A stretch of DNA of 64,000 bases from Gemmatimonadales bacterium (GTDB lineage: Bacteria > Gemmatimonadota > Gemmatimonadetes > Gemmatimonadales > GWC2-71-9). The position numbers and the translations under genes are program-made. Location: positions 16,002 through 80,001 of the forward strand of contig JBIOXD010000048.1 in NCBI GenBank assembly GCA_044869265.1, written 5' to 3'. Below are positions 51,392-61,459 of this stretch, in pieces; position 1 is the first letter of the stretch, and every line of letters begins with the position of its first letter. The notes under the pieces are model-generated. The model ran no database searches, was not told the origin of the DNA, and was given only the letters and a program-made list of their open reading frames with translations.

Positions 51392-54225
51392 CGCGGGCGT
51401 GCGGGGAGGGAGTGGGTCGACGGAGTCTCGATGCCGCTCGCGACCGTCGATCGCCGTGCCGCCACCGTCCCTGCCAGCGTCGTGACGCGCGTCTCGACCA
51501 GCGCCGCGAACCCTTCCGGTCTCTCGAACATGGGCGGGGTTGGCAGCCGCAGGACCGATCGCCCGCCTGCAACCACGGACAGCTCGCCGCCTTCGCCGAT
51601 GGGCTCATCCGGACCGAGGAACCGAACCTTGGCGGTTCCCTTCCACGAGTGTCCCGGCAGCCTGGCGAAGGCGGGGTACAGCTCGACGGTCAGCGGCGTC
51701 CCCTTCAGGTTTTCGGGCACCGATACACTCAGTCGCCCGAACGCGTAGTTCATCGGTTCGTTGCCGCCGCGCAGCTGCTGGCCCGCGGAGTCATACGCGG
51801 TAATGGAAAAGTCGGTCATCTCATCCCAGAGATCGGCGGATAGTTCGATATCGACTTCGAGCTGCTTCGCCCATCGCGGTGGCCGCACCTGAAGCGTTTC
51901 GGCCGGCTGGCCGCGGCCCTCGATCGCATACGATCGCTCGGCGCCCACGAACCGGTGGACGATCTGTCCGGTCACCGCGTTGGCTGCGCCCGTCACGACA
52001 CTCGAGGCCTCGAGAGACGGCTGCGCGGCAGCGAGCGCCACCGGCCCGAGATCGGCGCGGACGGTCACGGTGGCCCCCGTCAGCGGCGGCGCCACCACGT
52101 CGAGTTCGTAGACACCCGGCACCAGATCCTCGGCGCGCACGAGGATGGTCGCTGTTCCGTGCTGCTGTTGGCCGATTTCGATATCCTCGGGTGCCGATCG
52201 CGCCGGTTGCCCGTTCGGTTCGTACAGACGAACCGTCGCTTGCTGAGCCTGCGAATCGGGCACCGTCACAGTGGCACGCAGGGTCGCGCCGGATGGTGAA
52301 ACGCGCAGGAAGTAGCGTTGCACGGCGGCCGCTGCAATCGTCCGGCGTTCATCGAAGAGCACTTTCGTGGCCAGATCGACGGGCACAATCACCGTGTTGA
52401 CGAGCGTGAACAGTGGGCCGGCGAGCGTGTCGCGCGGATTGCGCGCCGTGACCGTGCCCACGTACATGCCCGGTGCGGCGAGCGCGCCGCGGTGGTAGAT
52501 GACGCTGATCTGTGTCGCGCGCGGGCCGGCGCTCACCGTATCATCGGTGACGAGCCACGGGACGTCGCTGCGCAGCACAAACTGTGCGGCGCGCCGGCCG
52601 GCGAGATGGCGGACCGTAAACGTCTCGACGGTATCCTGCGCGCCCGCGAGTCCATCGCGGCGGAACGCCGCTGAGGCTCCGGTGTGCGCGCGCACGCCGT
52701 AGGTCGCTCCCTGATGCCCGGCCGCAAGCCAGTCGTAGGCGGTCTGGAGGTCGGGCGACCCGGCCCCGCCGTCGATGACGCGCGCCGCGCCCAGGGGATG
52801 CGCCGACACGCGCAGCGCTTGCATGATCTCAGCCGCGCTCGCCGTGCGATTCTCCTGCGCGAGTCCGGATATCAGACAGGCGGCGAGGCCTGCCGCGTGG
52901 GGCGCTGCCATGCTCGTCCCACCCTTGATTTCGTTGCCCGTGTCCCAGCGCGGCACGGTCGAGTACGCGACGCCGGGCGTCACGAGATCGGGCTTCGCCA
53001 GCTCGCCGCCCCGCGAGCTGAACCACCCCAGCACGTCGCGGGCCGGCGGCCTGCCCTGCTGTGACGGCTGGGCGAAGACGCCCGGATAGACGGCCCCAAT
53101 CGAGAGCGCCAGGTCCGCCGAGCCGGGAAAGCCGACCGTCGAAAGGCCCGGCCCGTCGTTACCCGCGCTGATGGTGAAGACCAGGTCTGGATGCGCCAGC
53201 AAGAACGCGTCCACGATGGAATCGATGACGGCGCGTCCTTCGTGCTCGTTCCCAACGCCGAAGCTGAGGTTGAGGACCAGCGGGAGGTTGCGTTGCACCG
53301 CGTAGCGCGCGGCGTAATCCATCGCGCGCATCATGCTGCCGTGCACGGTGACACCGCCGCGCGCGTTGTTCGCGATCTTGAGGCCGATGATCTGGGCGCC
53401 GGGTGCGACGCCGTGGAATCCCGTCACGTCATACAGGTTGTAGCCCGCAGCGATGCCGGCGACGTGCGTCCCGTGTCCCGAGGTGTCGAAGTAGAGGTCG
53501 AGGATCGGGACGCCATCCGCCTCGCTGAAATTGGCCACGATGGTCAGCGGCTTCCGGCCGAGGGCGATCATCTCACGCCCCTGGCGGTAATCGTGCAGCG
53601 GCATTTCGTCCTCAAACGAGCCGTTGAGGTTCGTATCGAGAAATGCCGCCCAGCCGTCGGTCGCCTTCACCACGACGACGGGGAATTCGTCGGTATTGCG
53701 GCCGTTGCCGTTGACGTCCGCCGCCGGCGGCAGGCCCAGTGGCAGCTCCTTGAACGTGCCACGATACCACGTCGTCGCGGTGGTCAACCGCGCGATCCGT
53801 GCCGCTCCCTTCATCTCCGATTCCGTCGGGGCCGCAAACGCGGTGAGCGCAACACGCCCTTCGCCGGAGAAATCGCGCAGTTCAAGGACTTTGGGCGCGC
53901 CCGTGCTCGTCGTCACCAGTCCCGCCACGGCGGGGTCGACGCCGCTGTCCAGAATTGCGATGACCACCCCGCGCCCGTCGTACGTGGGATGCAGCCCGCG
54001 GAACACGTCGACTCCTGTGCTTTTGAGGGGCATCAGGCCGAGCATGTACGCGATCGGCGCATCGACCACGGGCTCGGACGGTCCCCCTCCGGTGCGCGTG
54101 GCGTCCGCGGGGGTCGCGGACACCGTGTTGGGCGTTGTCGGTGTGGGAAGCTCTTTGGGACCGATGGTCTTGGCGCCGCAACCGGCCGCGAGAGCGAGAA
54201 ACACAAGGGAGAATTGCTTGATCAC
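51388..54225 (-). CDS. Large S8 family serine peptidase lipoprotein (TPPII-like size)
   Basis: 945 aa, GTG start in a GTGA overlap. Lipobox FLALAAGC. Triad contexts [26 protein letters not shown]. Confidence 0.85.
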   Translation of the reverse strand: MIKQFSLVFLALAAGCGAKTIGPKELPTPTTPNTVSATPADATRTGGGPSEPVVDAPIAYMLGLMPLKSTGVDVFRGLHPTYDGRGVVIAILDSGVDPAVAGLVTTSTGAPKVLELRDFSGEGRVALTAFAAPTESEMKGAARIARLTTATTWYRGTFKELPLGLPPAADVNGNGRNTDEFPVVVVKATDGWAAFLDTNLNGSFEDEMPLHDYRQGREMIALGRKPLTIVANFSEADGVPILDLYFDTSGHGTHVAGIAAGYNLYDVTGFHGVAPGAQIIGLKIANNARGGVTVHGSMMRAMDYAARYAVQRNLPLVLNLSFGVGNEHEGRAVIDSIVDAFLLAHPDLVFTISAGNDGPGLSTVGFPGSADLALSIGAVYPGVFAQPSQQGRPPARDVLGWFSSRGGELAKPDLVTPGVAYSTVPRWDTGNEIKGGTSMAAPHAAGLAACLISGLAQENRTASAAEIMQALRVSAHPLGAARVIDGGAGSPDLQTAYDWLAAGHQGATYGVRAHTGASAAFRRDGLAGAQDTVETFTVRHLAGRRAAQFVLRSDVPWLVTDDTVSAGPRATQISVIYHRGALAAPGMYVGTVTARNPRDTLAGPLFTLVNTVIVPVDLATKVLFDERRTIAAAAVQRYFLRVSPSGATLRATVTVPDSQAQQATVRLYEPNGQPARSAPEDIEIGQQQHGTATILVRAEDLVPGVYELDVVAPPLTGATVTVRADLGPVALAAAQPSLEASSVVTGAANAVTGQIVHRFVGAERSYAIEGRGQPAETLQVRPPRWAKQLEVDIELSADLWDEMTDFSITAYDSAGQQLRGGNEPMNYAFGRLSVSVPENLKGTPLTVELYPAFARLPGHSWKGTAKVRFLGPDEPIGEGGELSVVAGGRSVLRLPTPPMFERPEGFAALVETRVTTLAGTVAARRSTVASGIETPSTHSLPARPR

Positions 54226-55793
54226 GTCGTACCCGGCAGAGCGAAGGCCCCGAGATGGGGGCCGGTGAATTCCGTTGACACCTCGAGGAGAAACGCGAGC
54301 GTATCGCGGGTTTCCTCGGGGGTGAGGATCGCATCGACAAAACCGCGCGCGCCGGCAAATCTGGCGTCGAGCTGGTGCTCGTAATCGGCCCGCATGGCTG
54401 CAACGGCGGCGGTGTTCTCCGGCTTGGCAGCGTCGCCGCCATATACCGCCTGGACGGCGGACTCACCTTCCATGACGCCCATCCGTCCTGTCGGCCAGGA
54501 GACGATGAAATCGGGGTCGAAGCCCTGCCCCGCCATCGCATAATAACCGGCGCCGGAAGCGTGATTGACGGTGAGCACCAGTTTTGGCACGGTCGCGGTG
54601 GCCATCGCTTCGACAAAACGCGCACCGGCCCGGATGATCCCTGAGTGTTCGGCCTCGGTCCCGACCATGAATCCCGAAACGTCTTGAATGAACAGTAGCG
54701 GCAGCCGCTCGCGGTCCGCGTTCTCGATGAAGTACGCCACCTTCTCGGCGCTCTCGGTGTAGATGATCCCGCCAATGCGCGGAGCTTCCCCCTTCTGCTT
54801 CGGCTTGATCACACCCCGCGAGTTGGCAATCACCGCGACTTGCCGTCCTTCGATGGCGCCGTGGCCACAAATCATCTCCTGCGCGATGTCCGGTTGGAAC
54901 TCGTCGAGACGGCCTCCATCGAGCAGCGCTTCCAGAACGGCCCGGACGTCGTAGCTCATGCGATGATCGACGGGGATCAAGTCGTACAGGGTCTTCGTGT
55001 CGCGCTTGGGGGCGGCGTGGGTGCGCCGTGCCCGGTGTTGGTGCGGGAGCCGACCCACGTACTCCCGAATGCGATCGAGACATTCCTGGTCGTCCTTGGC
55101 GCGATAGTGCGCGACGGCGCTCACCCCCGTATGGGTGCTCGCGCCGCCGAGTGACTCGGCGTCGACGACCTGACCGGTGGCGCCCTTGACCAGGTTGGGG
55201 CCGCCCAGCCCCATGAAGGACGTGCCGTCGACCATGAAGATCACGTCGGACAGCGCAGGCAGATACGCGCCTCCCGCGATGCAGGGTCCCATGACGGCCG
55301 CGATCTGCGGGACCTTGAGATAGCGCCGCATGATCGAGTTGTAGTAGAAGATCCTCGCCGCGCCGTATTGACCCGGGAACACACCCCCCTGATAGGGCAG
55401 ATTCACACCCGCCGAATCGACGAGATAGATAATCGGGATCCGCTGCCGCATCGCGATCTCCTGCGCGCGCAGGATTTTCTTGATCGTTTCCGGCCACCAG
55501 GAGCCGGCCTTGACGGTCGCATCGTTGGCGACGACGACGATGGGTCGGCCGGCGACGCGTCCGAGCCCGGTGATGACGCCGGCCGCCGGGGCCTGACCGT
55601 CGTACTGGTCGTGGGCGACCAGCAGGCCGATTTCCACCCACGGCGCGTCGCGATCGAGCAACGCGGCGATGCGCTCGCGCGCCGTCAGTTTCCCCTGGTC
55701 ATGCTGTCGTTTGATGCGGTCCGCGCCCCCGCCCTGTTCGAGGCGGGCGCGCAGCTTCTGGTATCCGTCGCTGAGGGACTTGAGACGACTCAA
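54222..55793 (-). CDS. Acyl-CoA carboxylase carboxyltransferase (beta) subunit, methylcrotonyl-CoA carboxylase-beta-like
   Basis: 523 aa. GKLTARERIAALLD, ANDATVKAGSWWPETIKK, VMGPCIAGGAYLPALSD. Confidence 0.85.
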   Translation of the reverse strand: MSRLKSLSDGYQKLRARLEQGGGADRIKRQHDQGKLTARERIAALLDRDAPWVEIGLLVAHDQYDGQAPAAGVITGLGRVAGRPIVVVANDATVKAGSWWPETIKKILRAQEIAMRQRIPIIYLVDSAGVNLPYQGGVFPGQYGAARIFYYNSIMRRYLKVPQIAAVMGPCIAGGAYLPALSDVIFMVDGTSFMGLGGPNLVKGATGQVVDAESLGGASTHTGVSAVAHYRAKDDQECLDRIREYVGRLPHQHRARRTHAAPKRDTKTLYDLIPVDHRMSYDVRAVLEALLDGGRLDEFQPDIAQEMICGHGAIEGRQVAVIANSRGVIKPKQKGEAPRIGGIIYTESAEKVAYFIENADRERLPLLFIQDVSGFMVGTEAEHSGIIRAGARFVEAMATATVPKLVLTVNHASGAGYYAMAGQGFDPDFIVSWPTGRMGVMEGESAVQAVYGGDAAKPENTAAVAAMRADYEHQLDARFAGARGFVDAILTPEETRDTLAFLLEVSTEFTGPHLGAFALPGTT

Positions 55794-55798
55794 CGGCG

Positions 55799-55826
55799 GT
55801 GCGTGGTGCGAGGTGCGTGGTGCGTG
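55799..55826 (-). repeat. 4 x 7-nt tandem array (GTGCGTG on the plus strand) in an intercistronic spacer
   Basis: GTGCGTG GTGCGAG GTGCGTG GTGCGTG occupies 28 of the 36 nt between the mutase small-subunit stop (55830) and the carboxyltransferase start (55793). Confidence 0.9.
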
Positions 55827-55829
55827 GGA

Positions 55830-56246
55830 TTAGACCGCGACATGATCCGCGGCCCATTCCTGGATGTACTTGATCAGATCCGCGGTCGGCGTGCCGGGTC
55901 CGAAGAGCTTGCCTGCGCCCTGGGCTTCGAGGGCCGTCATGTCTTCAGGGGGGATGATCCCGCCGCCGGTGAGGAGAACGTCCTGCCGACCTGCGGCATC
56001 GAGCAGTTTGCGCACCCGTGGGAACAGCGTCATGTGTGCGCCCGACAGGATCGAGAGGCCGACGACATCCACGTCCTCCTGAATCGCGGCCTGGGCGATC
56101 ATTTCCGGAGTCTGATGCAGGCCCGTATAGATGACTTCCATTCCGGAATCGCGCAGCGCCGCCGCCACAACCTTGGCGCCGCGATCGTGGCCGTCCAATC
56201 CCGGCTTCGCGACGAGAATCCGGATGGGACGGCGGCGCTTTCCCAT
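55830..56246 (-). CDS. Methylmalonyl-CoA-mutase-family B12-binding small subunit
   Basis: Start at ATG 56246 gives [28 protein letters not shown] (DxHxxG cobalamin motif). 138 aa. The longer ORF start overlaps the upstream gene and is Arg/Gly-rich. Confidence 0.9.
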   Translation of the reverse strand: MGKRRRPIRILVAKPGLDGHDRGAKVVAAALRDSGMEVIYTGLHQTPEMIAQAAIQEDVDVVGLSILSGAHMTLFPRVRKLLDAAGRQDVLLTGGGIIPPEDMTALEAQGAGKLFGPGTPTADLIKYIQEWAADHVAV

Positions 56247-57370
56247 CAGGCGCGGAAGCGCAGCAGCGCGGCCAGACCGTCCACGACCCGCCGGGCCTTG
56301 TCGTCGTAGAGGACGTCGACCTGTGCGCGTTGAGCCAGCGCGTCTTCCACCGCGTCGTCGATGCGCGCATCGTCGTCGTGCCCGTCGGCCAGAAGCGTGC
56401 GGACCTGTCCCCGGCTCAGCGCCTTCAGCGTCGCGTCCACGCCATTCACCGCCCATCCGCGCGGCGCGCCGTCCTTGACCGCGTCAGCGTGCGCGCGCTC
56501 CCACGCGCGCTCGCGCTCCTCGCGGAGCCCCAGCGTCGCCTCGCGGACCTCAGCGGGCGTCGCCTGCTTGGGGTTGAGCTTCACGACGCCGAATACCAGA
56601 TCGTGGACATAGGTGTGAAGGTGCGGGACGACGGCGCCGGCGTCCACACCAACGCTCCCGAGCACGATGCCGCTCAGCGGTTTCTCACGGTTCGTCTGGA
56701 AAATGCGATCGGCGATCTGCGCGTACAGCCGCTGCTTCTCGGTACGGATGCGTTGGTGGTAGTTATGCTCCCCCGCGCTGCCCGACGGCGTGCCCGCCCT
56801 GACCATCACCTGGCGCTGATGGCCGCCGTGGAACTTGCCGGCACGCGACGCATGGATGGCGGCCAGACCGGGCCGCTCGATGCAGTCGTAGGCCGTCACC
56901 TCGAAGAAGCGAGCTGCCGTGCGGTCGTACACGACCGTAAGGATCGTGCCGAACTCCTCCTCGAGGCCGAGCAGCTCGCGCACCAGCGGTTGATGGTCCA
57001 CGGCCAGGCGCGAGCGATGCACGTGCGGCAGCGGCAAGGTCTCGAACAGGCCCAGCTCGCGCGACGCGATGATCGCGAAGCCGCGGGCGCGCGGCAAATG
57101 ATTCGGCTCCTCGAGGTAGTTCAGGACCTGCCGCAGGCTGGCGGCGATGGCTTCGCGATCTTCGTGCGACAGCGATTGACGCGCGAGCTGCGCTTCCCGC
57201 TCGCGCACCCGATTCTTCATCTTGATGAGATACTTGCCACGCGTACGGTCGCGCGGCTCGAGCTTCAGATAGCAGGTGAGCACCCAATGACGGCCAGGCT
57301 CGATGGCGGCCAGGCGCGCAATCGCGGCCCGGGCGTCCTGCTCGGTAATTGCGGCGGGTAGAGCGCTCAT
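56246..57370 (-). CDS. eRF1-like (archaeo-eukaryotic release factor superfamily, bacterial baeRF-type) protein
   Basis: 374 aa. [13 protein letters not shown]...[23 protein letters not shown] parallels the eRF1 middle domain (KKHGRGGQSALRFARLR...). The C-terminus [20 protein letters not shown] resembles eRF1/Pelota domain 3. Confidence 0.6.
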   Translation of the reverse strand: MSALPAAITEQDARAAIARLAAIEPGRHWVLTCYLKLEPRDRTRGKYLIKMKNRVREREAQLARQSLSHEDREAIAASLRQVLNYLEEPNHLPRARGFAIIASRELGLFETLPLPHVHRSRLAVDHQPLVRELLGLEEEFGTILTVVYDRTAARFFEVTAYDCIERPGLAAIHASRAGKFHGGHQRQVMVRAGTPSGSAGEHNYHQRIRTEKQRLYAQIADRIFQTNREKPLSGIVLGSVGVDAGAVVPHLHTYVHDLVFGVVKLNPKQATPAEVREATLGLREERERAWERAHADAVKDGAPRGWAVNGVDATLKALSRGQVRTLLADGHDDDARIDDAVEDALAQRAQVDVLYDDKARRVVDGLAALLRFRA

Positions 57371-57373
57371 GAT

Positions 57374-58936
57374 CTAGAAGAAAACGGGTTCGCGATATGC
57401 TCCCCAAACACGCTCCAGCGCGTGTCGGATTTCGTAGAGCGTGGCGTAGGCGCGCGCACAGTCCAGCATCGGCCCGATGACGTTCTGATCCGCCTCGGCC
57501 GCCTGGCGCAGCGCCTTGAGGCGGCGCTCGACCAGGGCGTTGTCCCGCTCGGCGCGCACACGGGCGAGACGGCGGCGCTGCTCCTCTTCGGCATCGTTGG
57601 ACACTTTCAGGATCTCGACCGGGTGATCGTCGTCGGACGGAAACTCGTTGACGCCGACGATGACCTTGTCTCCCGATTCCACCTGACGCTGGAAGGCGGC
57701 CGCGGATTGAGCAATCTGCCGCTGAAACCAGCCCATTTCGATCCCTCGGACGACGCCGCCGATCGCATTGATCTCGGCGAAGAGGGCTTCCGCTTCCCGC
57801 TCCAACTGATCGGTGAACGCCTCGATGTAATAGGAGCCGCCCAGGGGATCGATCACCTCCGCCACACCACTTTCGTGCGCCAGAATCTGTTGGGTCCGGA
57901 GCGCGACCTGCACCGACTGCTCGGTCGGCAGCGCGAGCGTTTCGTCCAGCGAGTTGGTATGCAGCGACTGCGTGCCGCCGAGGACCGCGGCCAAGGCCTG
58001 ATAGGCCACCCGGACGATGTTGTTGAGCGGCTGCTGTGCCGTCAGGGTGACACCGGCGGTCTGGCTATGGAAGCGCATCATCCACGAGCGCGGCTGTTTC
58101 GCCTTGTAGCGCTCGCGCATGTGCCGCGCCCAGATGCGCCGGGCGGCGCGCAGCTTCGCGATCTCCTCAAAAAAGTCGTTGTGAATGTCCCAAAAGAATG
58201 AAAGGCGTGCGGCAAACGTATCGATGTCGAGACCCCGGGCTATGCCACGTTCGACATACGTGAACCCGTTCGCCAGGGTGAAGGCGAGCTCCTGCGCTGC
58301 CGTCGCGCCCGCTTCGCGGATGTGATAGCCGGAGATGGAGATCGTGTTCCAGAGCGGGGTGTGCTGCGCGCCCCAGTCGAACATGTCGACTATCACCTTG
58401 AGCGCGGGCTCGACCGGATACACCCACGCGTGCTGCGCCATGTACTCCTTGAGGATGTCGTTCTGCACCGTGCCGCGCAGTTTGGCGATCGGCACGCCCT
58501 GTTTTTCCGCCGCCGCGACGTAGAAGCAGAACAGGATCGCCGCGGGCCCATTGATCGTCATCGACGTCGACACCTGGTCGAGCGGAATGCCGTCGAACAG
58601 GGTCTCCATGTCGGCGAGCGAAGAGATCGCTACACCGCACTTGCCGACCTCTCCTTCGGACCGCGGATGGTCGGAGTCGTATCCCATCAACGTCGGGAAA
58701 TCGAAGGCGACGGAGAGGCCGGTCTGGCCATGCTCGAGTAGGAATTTGTAGCGGCGGTTCGTGTCGGTCGCGCCGCCGAAGCCGGCAAACTGGCGCATCG
58801 TCCACACCCTGCCCCGATACATCGTGGGATGAATGCCGCGTGTGAACGGGTATTCGCCGGGTCGTCCGAGCTGTTTGTCGACGTCGAAACCGTTGAGGTC
58901 GGCAGGCGTGTAGACGGGCTTTTTCTCGATGGTCAT
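57374..58936 (-). CDS. Methylmalonyl-CoA-mutase-family large (substrate-binding) subunit
   Basis: 520 aa. [62 protein letters not shown]. Confidence 0.92.
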   Translation of the reverse strand: MTIEKKPVYTPADLNGFDVDKQLGRPGEYPFTRGIHPTMYRGRVWTMRQFAGFGGATDTNRRYKFLLEHGQTGLSVAFDFPTLMGYDSDHPRSEGEVGKCGVAISSLADMETLFDGIPLDQVSTSMTINGPAAILFCFYVAAAEKQGVPIAKLRGTVQNDILKEYMAQHAWVYPVEPALKVIVDMFDWGAQHTPLWNTISISGYHIREAGATAAQELAFTLANGFTYVERGIARGLDIDTFAARLSFFWDIHNDFFEEIAKLRAARRIWARHMRERYKAKQPRSWMMRFHSQTAGVTLTAQQPLNNIVRVAYQALAAVLGGTQSLHTNSLDETLALPTEQSVQVALRTQQILAHESGVAEVIDPLGGSYYIEAFTDQLEREAEALFAEINAIGGVVRGIEMGWFQRQIAQSAAAFQRQVESGDKVIVGVNEFPSDDDHPVEILKVSNDAEEEQRRRLARVRAERDNALVERRLKALRQAAEADQNVIGPMLDCARAYATLYEIRHALERVWGAYREPVFF

Positions 58937-59952
58937 TTGCCGTTCCTTACCTTATTCAGGACTTCCGCAGCGACATCGTACGGGCTGCGCGTACCTGCGA
59001 CCACTTCATCCAAACGCTTGCTGACGAGATCTTCCGCGTCCGTCTCATCCCATACCCACTGCCGAATCGCTCGGTTCACGACGGCGCGGGTTCGCGCGGC
59101 CAGGCGACGCTTTCGTCGCTCGAGGAGCTTGCCGCTACGCTTCAGAAACTCGTGGTGCGTGTCGAGGGCGGCAACCAGGTCGGCGATTCCTTCCCCTTTC
59201 GATGCGACGGTCGTCAGGACCGGAGGCTCCCACATGCCGTCGCCGCCGCCTTTCCTCGCCGCCGCCGGGTTATGGTGCGGACGCACGTTGACGAACGCAT
59301 TCCCCTTCCGGATGCCCAGCATGACCTCGATCTCCTGGCGAAGCTTATCCGCTCCAGGGCGATCGCTCTTGTTGATCACGTACAGCTCGGCGATCTCCAT
59401 GACGCCGGCCTTGAGCGTCTGAATCCCATCGCCCGATTCTGGAACCAGTACCAGGACCGTCGTCTCCGCGGTTGCCGCGACGTCGAGCTCCGTCTGGCCG
59501 ACACCGACCGTTTCGATGAGGATCCGATCGAAGCCAACTGCCTCGAGGACATCCGCGACTTCCTCGGTCGTCGTCGCCAGACCGCCCTGCGCGCCACGCG
59601 TCGCCATCGACCGAATGAAGACGCCTGGGTCGAGGCTGACCGATTCCATGCGGATGCGATCGCCCAGCAGCGCGCCGCCGGTGAACGGACTGGTCGGATC
59701 CACGGCGATGACGGAGACTTTGCGGCCGCGCTCGCGATAGGCGCGCACGAGCTGCTCGGTGAGGGTGCTCTTTCCTGCCCCTGGCGGTCCCGTGATGCCG
59801 ATGCGATGCGTCGGTCGAACACCGACTTTCTTGTGCAGCTCCGCGAGCAGCTGCTCAAAGCCTTCCCGCTGATTCTCGACCATGCTGATCGCGCGGGCCA
59901 GCGCCGCCGCATCGCCGCGCTCCAGATCTGCGAGAAGGTCACTCGTCCGCAT
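58933..59952 (-). CDS. meaB: Methylmalonyl-CoA mutase-associated GTPase MeaB/ArgK
   Basis: Start at ATG 59952 ([14 protein letters not shown]). P-loop [23 protein letters not shown]. Confidence 0.9.
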   Translation of the reverse strand: MRTSDLLADLERGDAAALARAISMVENQREGFEQLLAELHKKVGVRPTHRIGITGPPGAGKSTLTEQLVRAYRERGRKVSVIAVDPTSPFTGGALLGDRIRMESVSLDPGVFIRSMATRGAQGGLATTTEEVADVLEAVGFDRILIETVGVGQTELDVAATAETTVLVLVPESGDGIQTLKAGVMEIAELYVINKSDRPGADKLRQEIEVMLGIRKGNAFVNVRPHHNPAAARKGGGDGMWEPPVLTTVASKGEGIADLVAALDTHHEFLKRSGKLLERRKRRLAARTRAVVNRAIRQWVWDETDAEDLVSKRLDEVVAGTRSPYDVAAEVLNKVRNGK

Positions 59953-60151
59953 CGTTCTCAAAGATAGCGGCCTTAAAGCAGGAGGATGGTACCCAGGCCG
60001 AGCAGCAGTCTCCTTGCGCACGACTTGCCAGGCGCGACCCTTGGGGAGCAACCCGAGCGCGACGTGCGCCGCAGGAACTCGCTCAGATTCTCCTGTCCCG
60101 CGAGCTCCTTCAGTTCATCGAGTCGTAAGTCAGGTTGATCTGCCGGATCGG

Positions 60152-61459
60152 TCACGTTCCCGTGCTCCTACCGCTCGTACTGCTCCGACCGCTGCTCTCG
60201 CCGCTTCCCCCGGTCCCACTCGACGCTCCTGCGCTGCCGGAGGCCGCTGCGCCGGTGCCGGCTGCTCCACCCAGCGCGATCGTCCGGACGGGGCCCGGCC
60301 GGACGGCGACACGCTCGACGCGGGTCGCGCTCGCCGCGAGCACATCGAACTCCAGCCCCTGATAGGAAAACCGCTCTCCCGCGCGAGGAATCCGGCCGAG
60401 TGCCTGGATCAAGAGACCACCCACCGTCTGCGGGTTGCTACCACTGGCTCGCAGACTCACACCGAGGGATTCGGCGAGGGCCATCGCCGGCGTGCTTCCC
60501 TCGACTTCCACGACACGTGTCGGAGAGGGCGCAGGCGTGCCGCTGCCTAATCCGGGCGTTTGGAACACCTCGCCCACGAGGTCCCGCAACAGATCCTCAA
60601 ACGTGATGAGCCCCGCAGTGCCGCCGAATTCGTCCAGCACCACCGCGAGATGTAAACCTCCACGCTGCATTTCGAGCATCAGGTCGGCGGAGCGTTTGCT
60701 TCCTGGAACACTGAGTGGCGGCCGCACGAGGACCGGGTCATCGGGTTGCCGTCCCAACAGATCCAACGTGTGTGCCACGCCCACGACGTCATCTAGCGAG
60801 CCCCGGTACACAGGGTAGCGGCTGTATCCGGACTGCTGGAGCACATGGGCCGCTTCGGCCGTCACCATTCCTTCGGGGAACGCGACGATCGCTGTGCGCG
60901 GAGCCATCAGCTCGCGGACGGGACGGTCGGCGAACGCCAGCACGCCCGACACGACGGCCATTTCGTCCGTTCCGGCCAAGGCGTCGGTTTCGGCTCCCGA
61001 CAGAAGAGCCGCCAAGGTAGTGCGCGTCGATGCATCTCGACGCGGAATGAACGGCGACAGGACCGTCCCCGCCCGTTCGAGCCAGGGTACCGCCCGGCTC
61101 ACGAGCGCCTCTGCCCACCGACGCCCCAGCACGCGGGGGACGAGGTAGGCCGCCCCGATGAACGTGGGGACGATGACCATCAGCGTGAAGATGCCGAGGA
61201 AGGTCGGCGTCGTCGCGGCGAGCAGCGCCGGGATTGCTCCCCCGGCCAGGAGCACGCCGAGGGTCGTCAACGTGTTCGAGGTCGCGAGCGTGCGGCCGGG
61301 GTTCTGCAGCAAGCCGGCCGTCACGCCGGAGCCGCGCAGCTTGTAGGCAACCCAGCGCGTGAGCTCGAGCTGGCTTACCGTGGCGGCCGCGACGCCGATC
61401 GCCGCCGACAGGCCGGCGAGCAGCAGTCCCACGAGCAGGACGACCAGCGCGACGCTCAT
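60152..61459 (-). CDS. CNNM/CorC/TlyC-family transporter (DUF21-CBS-CorC_HlyC) with Gly/Ser-rich tail
   Basis: 435 aa. N-terminal 4-TM DUF21-like region, CBS pair, C-terminal FEDLLRDLVGE... and F..QGLEFDVLAAS...VERV. Low-complexity tail GAAGTGAAASGSAGASSGTGGSG. Confidence 0.82.
   Translation of the reverse strand: MSVALVVLLVGLLLAGLSAAIGVAAATVSQLELTRWVAYKLRGSGVTAGLLQNPGRTLATSNTLTTLGVLLAGGAIPALLAATTPTFLGIFTLMVIVPTFIGAAYLVPRVLGRRWAEALVSRAVPWLERAGTVLSPFIPRRDASTRTTLAALLSGAETDALAGTDEMAVVSGVLAFADRPVRELMAPRTAIVAFPEGMVTAEAAHVLQQSGYSRYPVYRGSLDDVVGVAHTLDLLGRQPDDPVLVRPPLSVPGSKRSADLMLEMQRGGLHLAVVLDEFGGTAGLITFEDLLRDLVGEVFQTPGLGSGTPAPSPTRVVEVEGSTPAMALAESLGVSLRASGSNPQTVGGLLIQALGRIPRAGERFSYQGLEFDVLAASATRVERVAVRPGPVRTIALGGAAGTGAAASGSAGASSGTGGSGESSGRSSTSGRSTGT

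Noticed and set aside
5270-55826. Whether any of the short tandem arrays (5270, 8663, 17827, 33105, 38561, 40448, 48375, 55799) is a CRISPR array.
   Set aside because: Units are 7-10 nt and directly abutting with no spacers, arrays are 90 nt or shorter, and no cas genes are present. They are microsatellite-like repeats.
59953-60151. A cobalamin riboswitch upstream of the meaB-mutase operon.
   Set aside because: Reading the minus strand, I could not find a convincing B12-box or the conserved stem pattern. A covariance-model search (Rfam cobalamin) would be needed, so no call is made.
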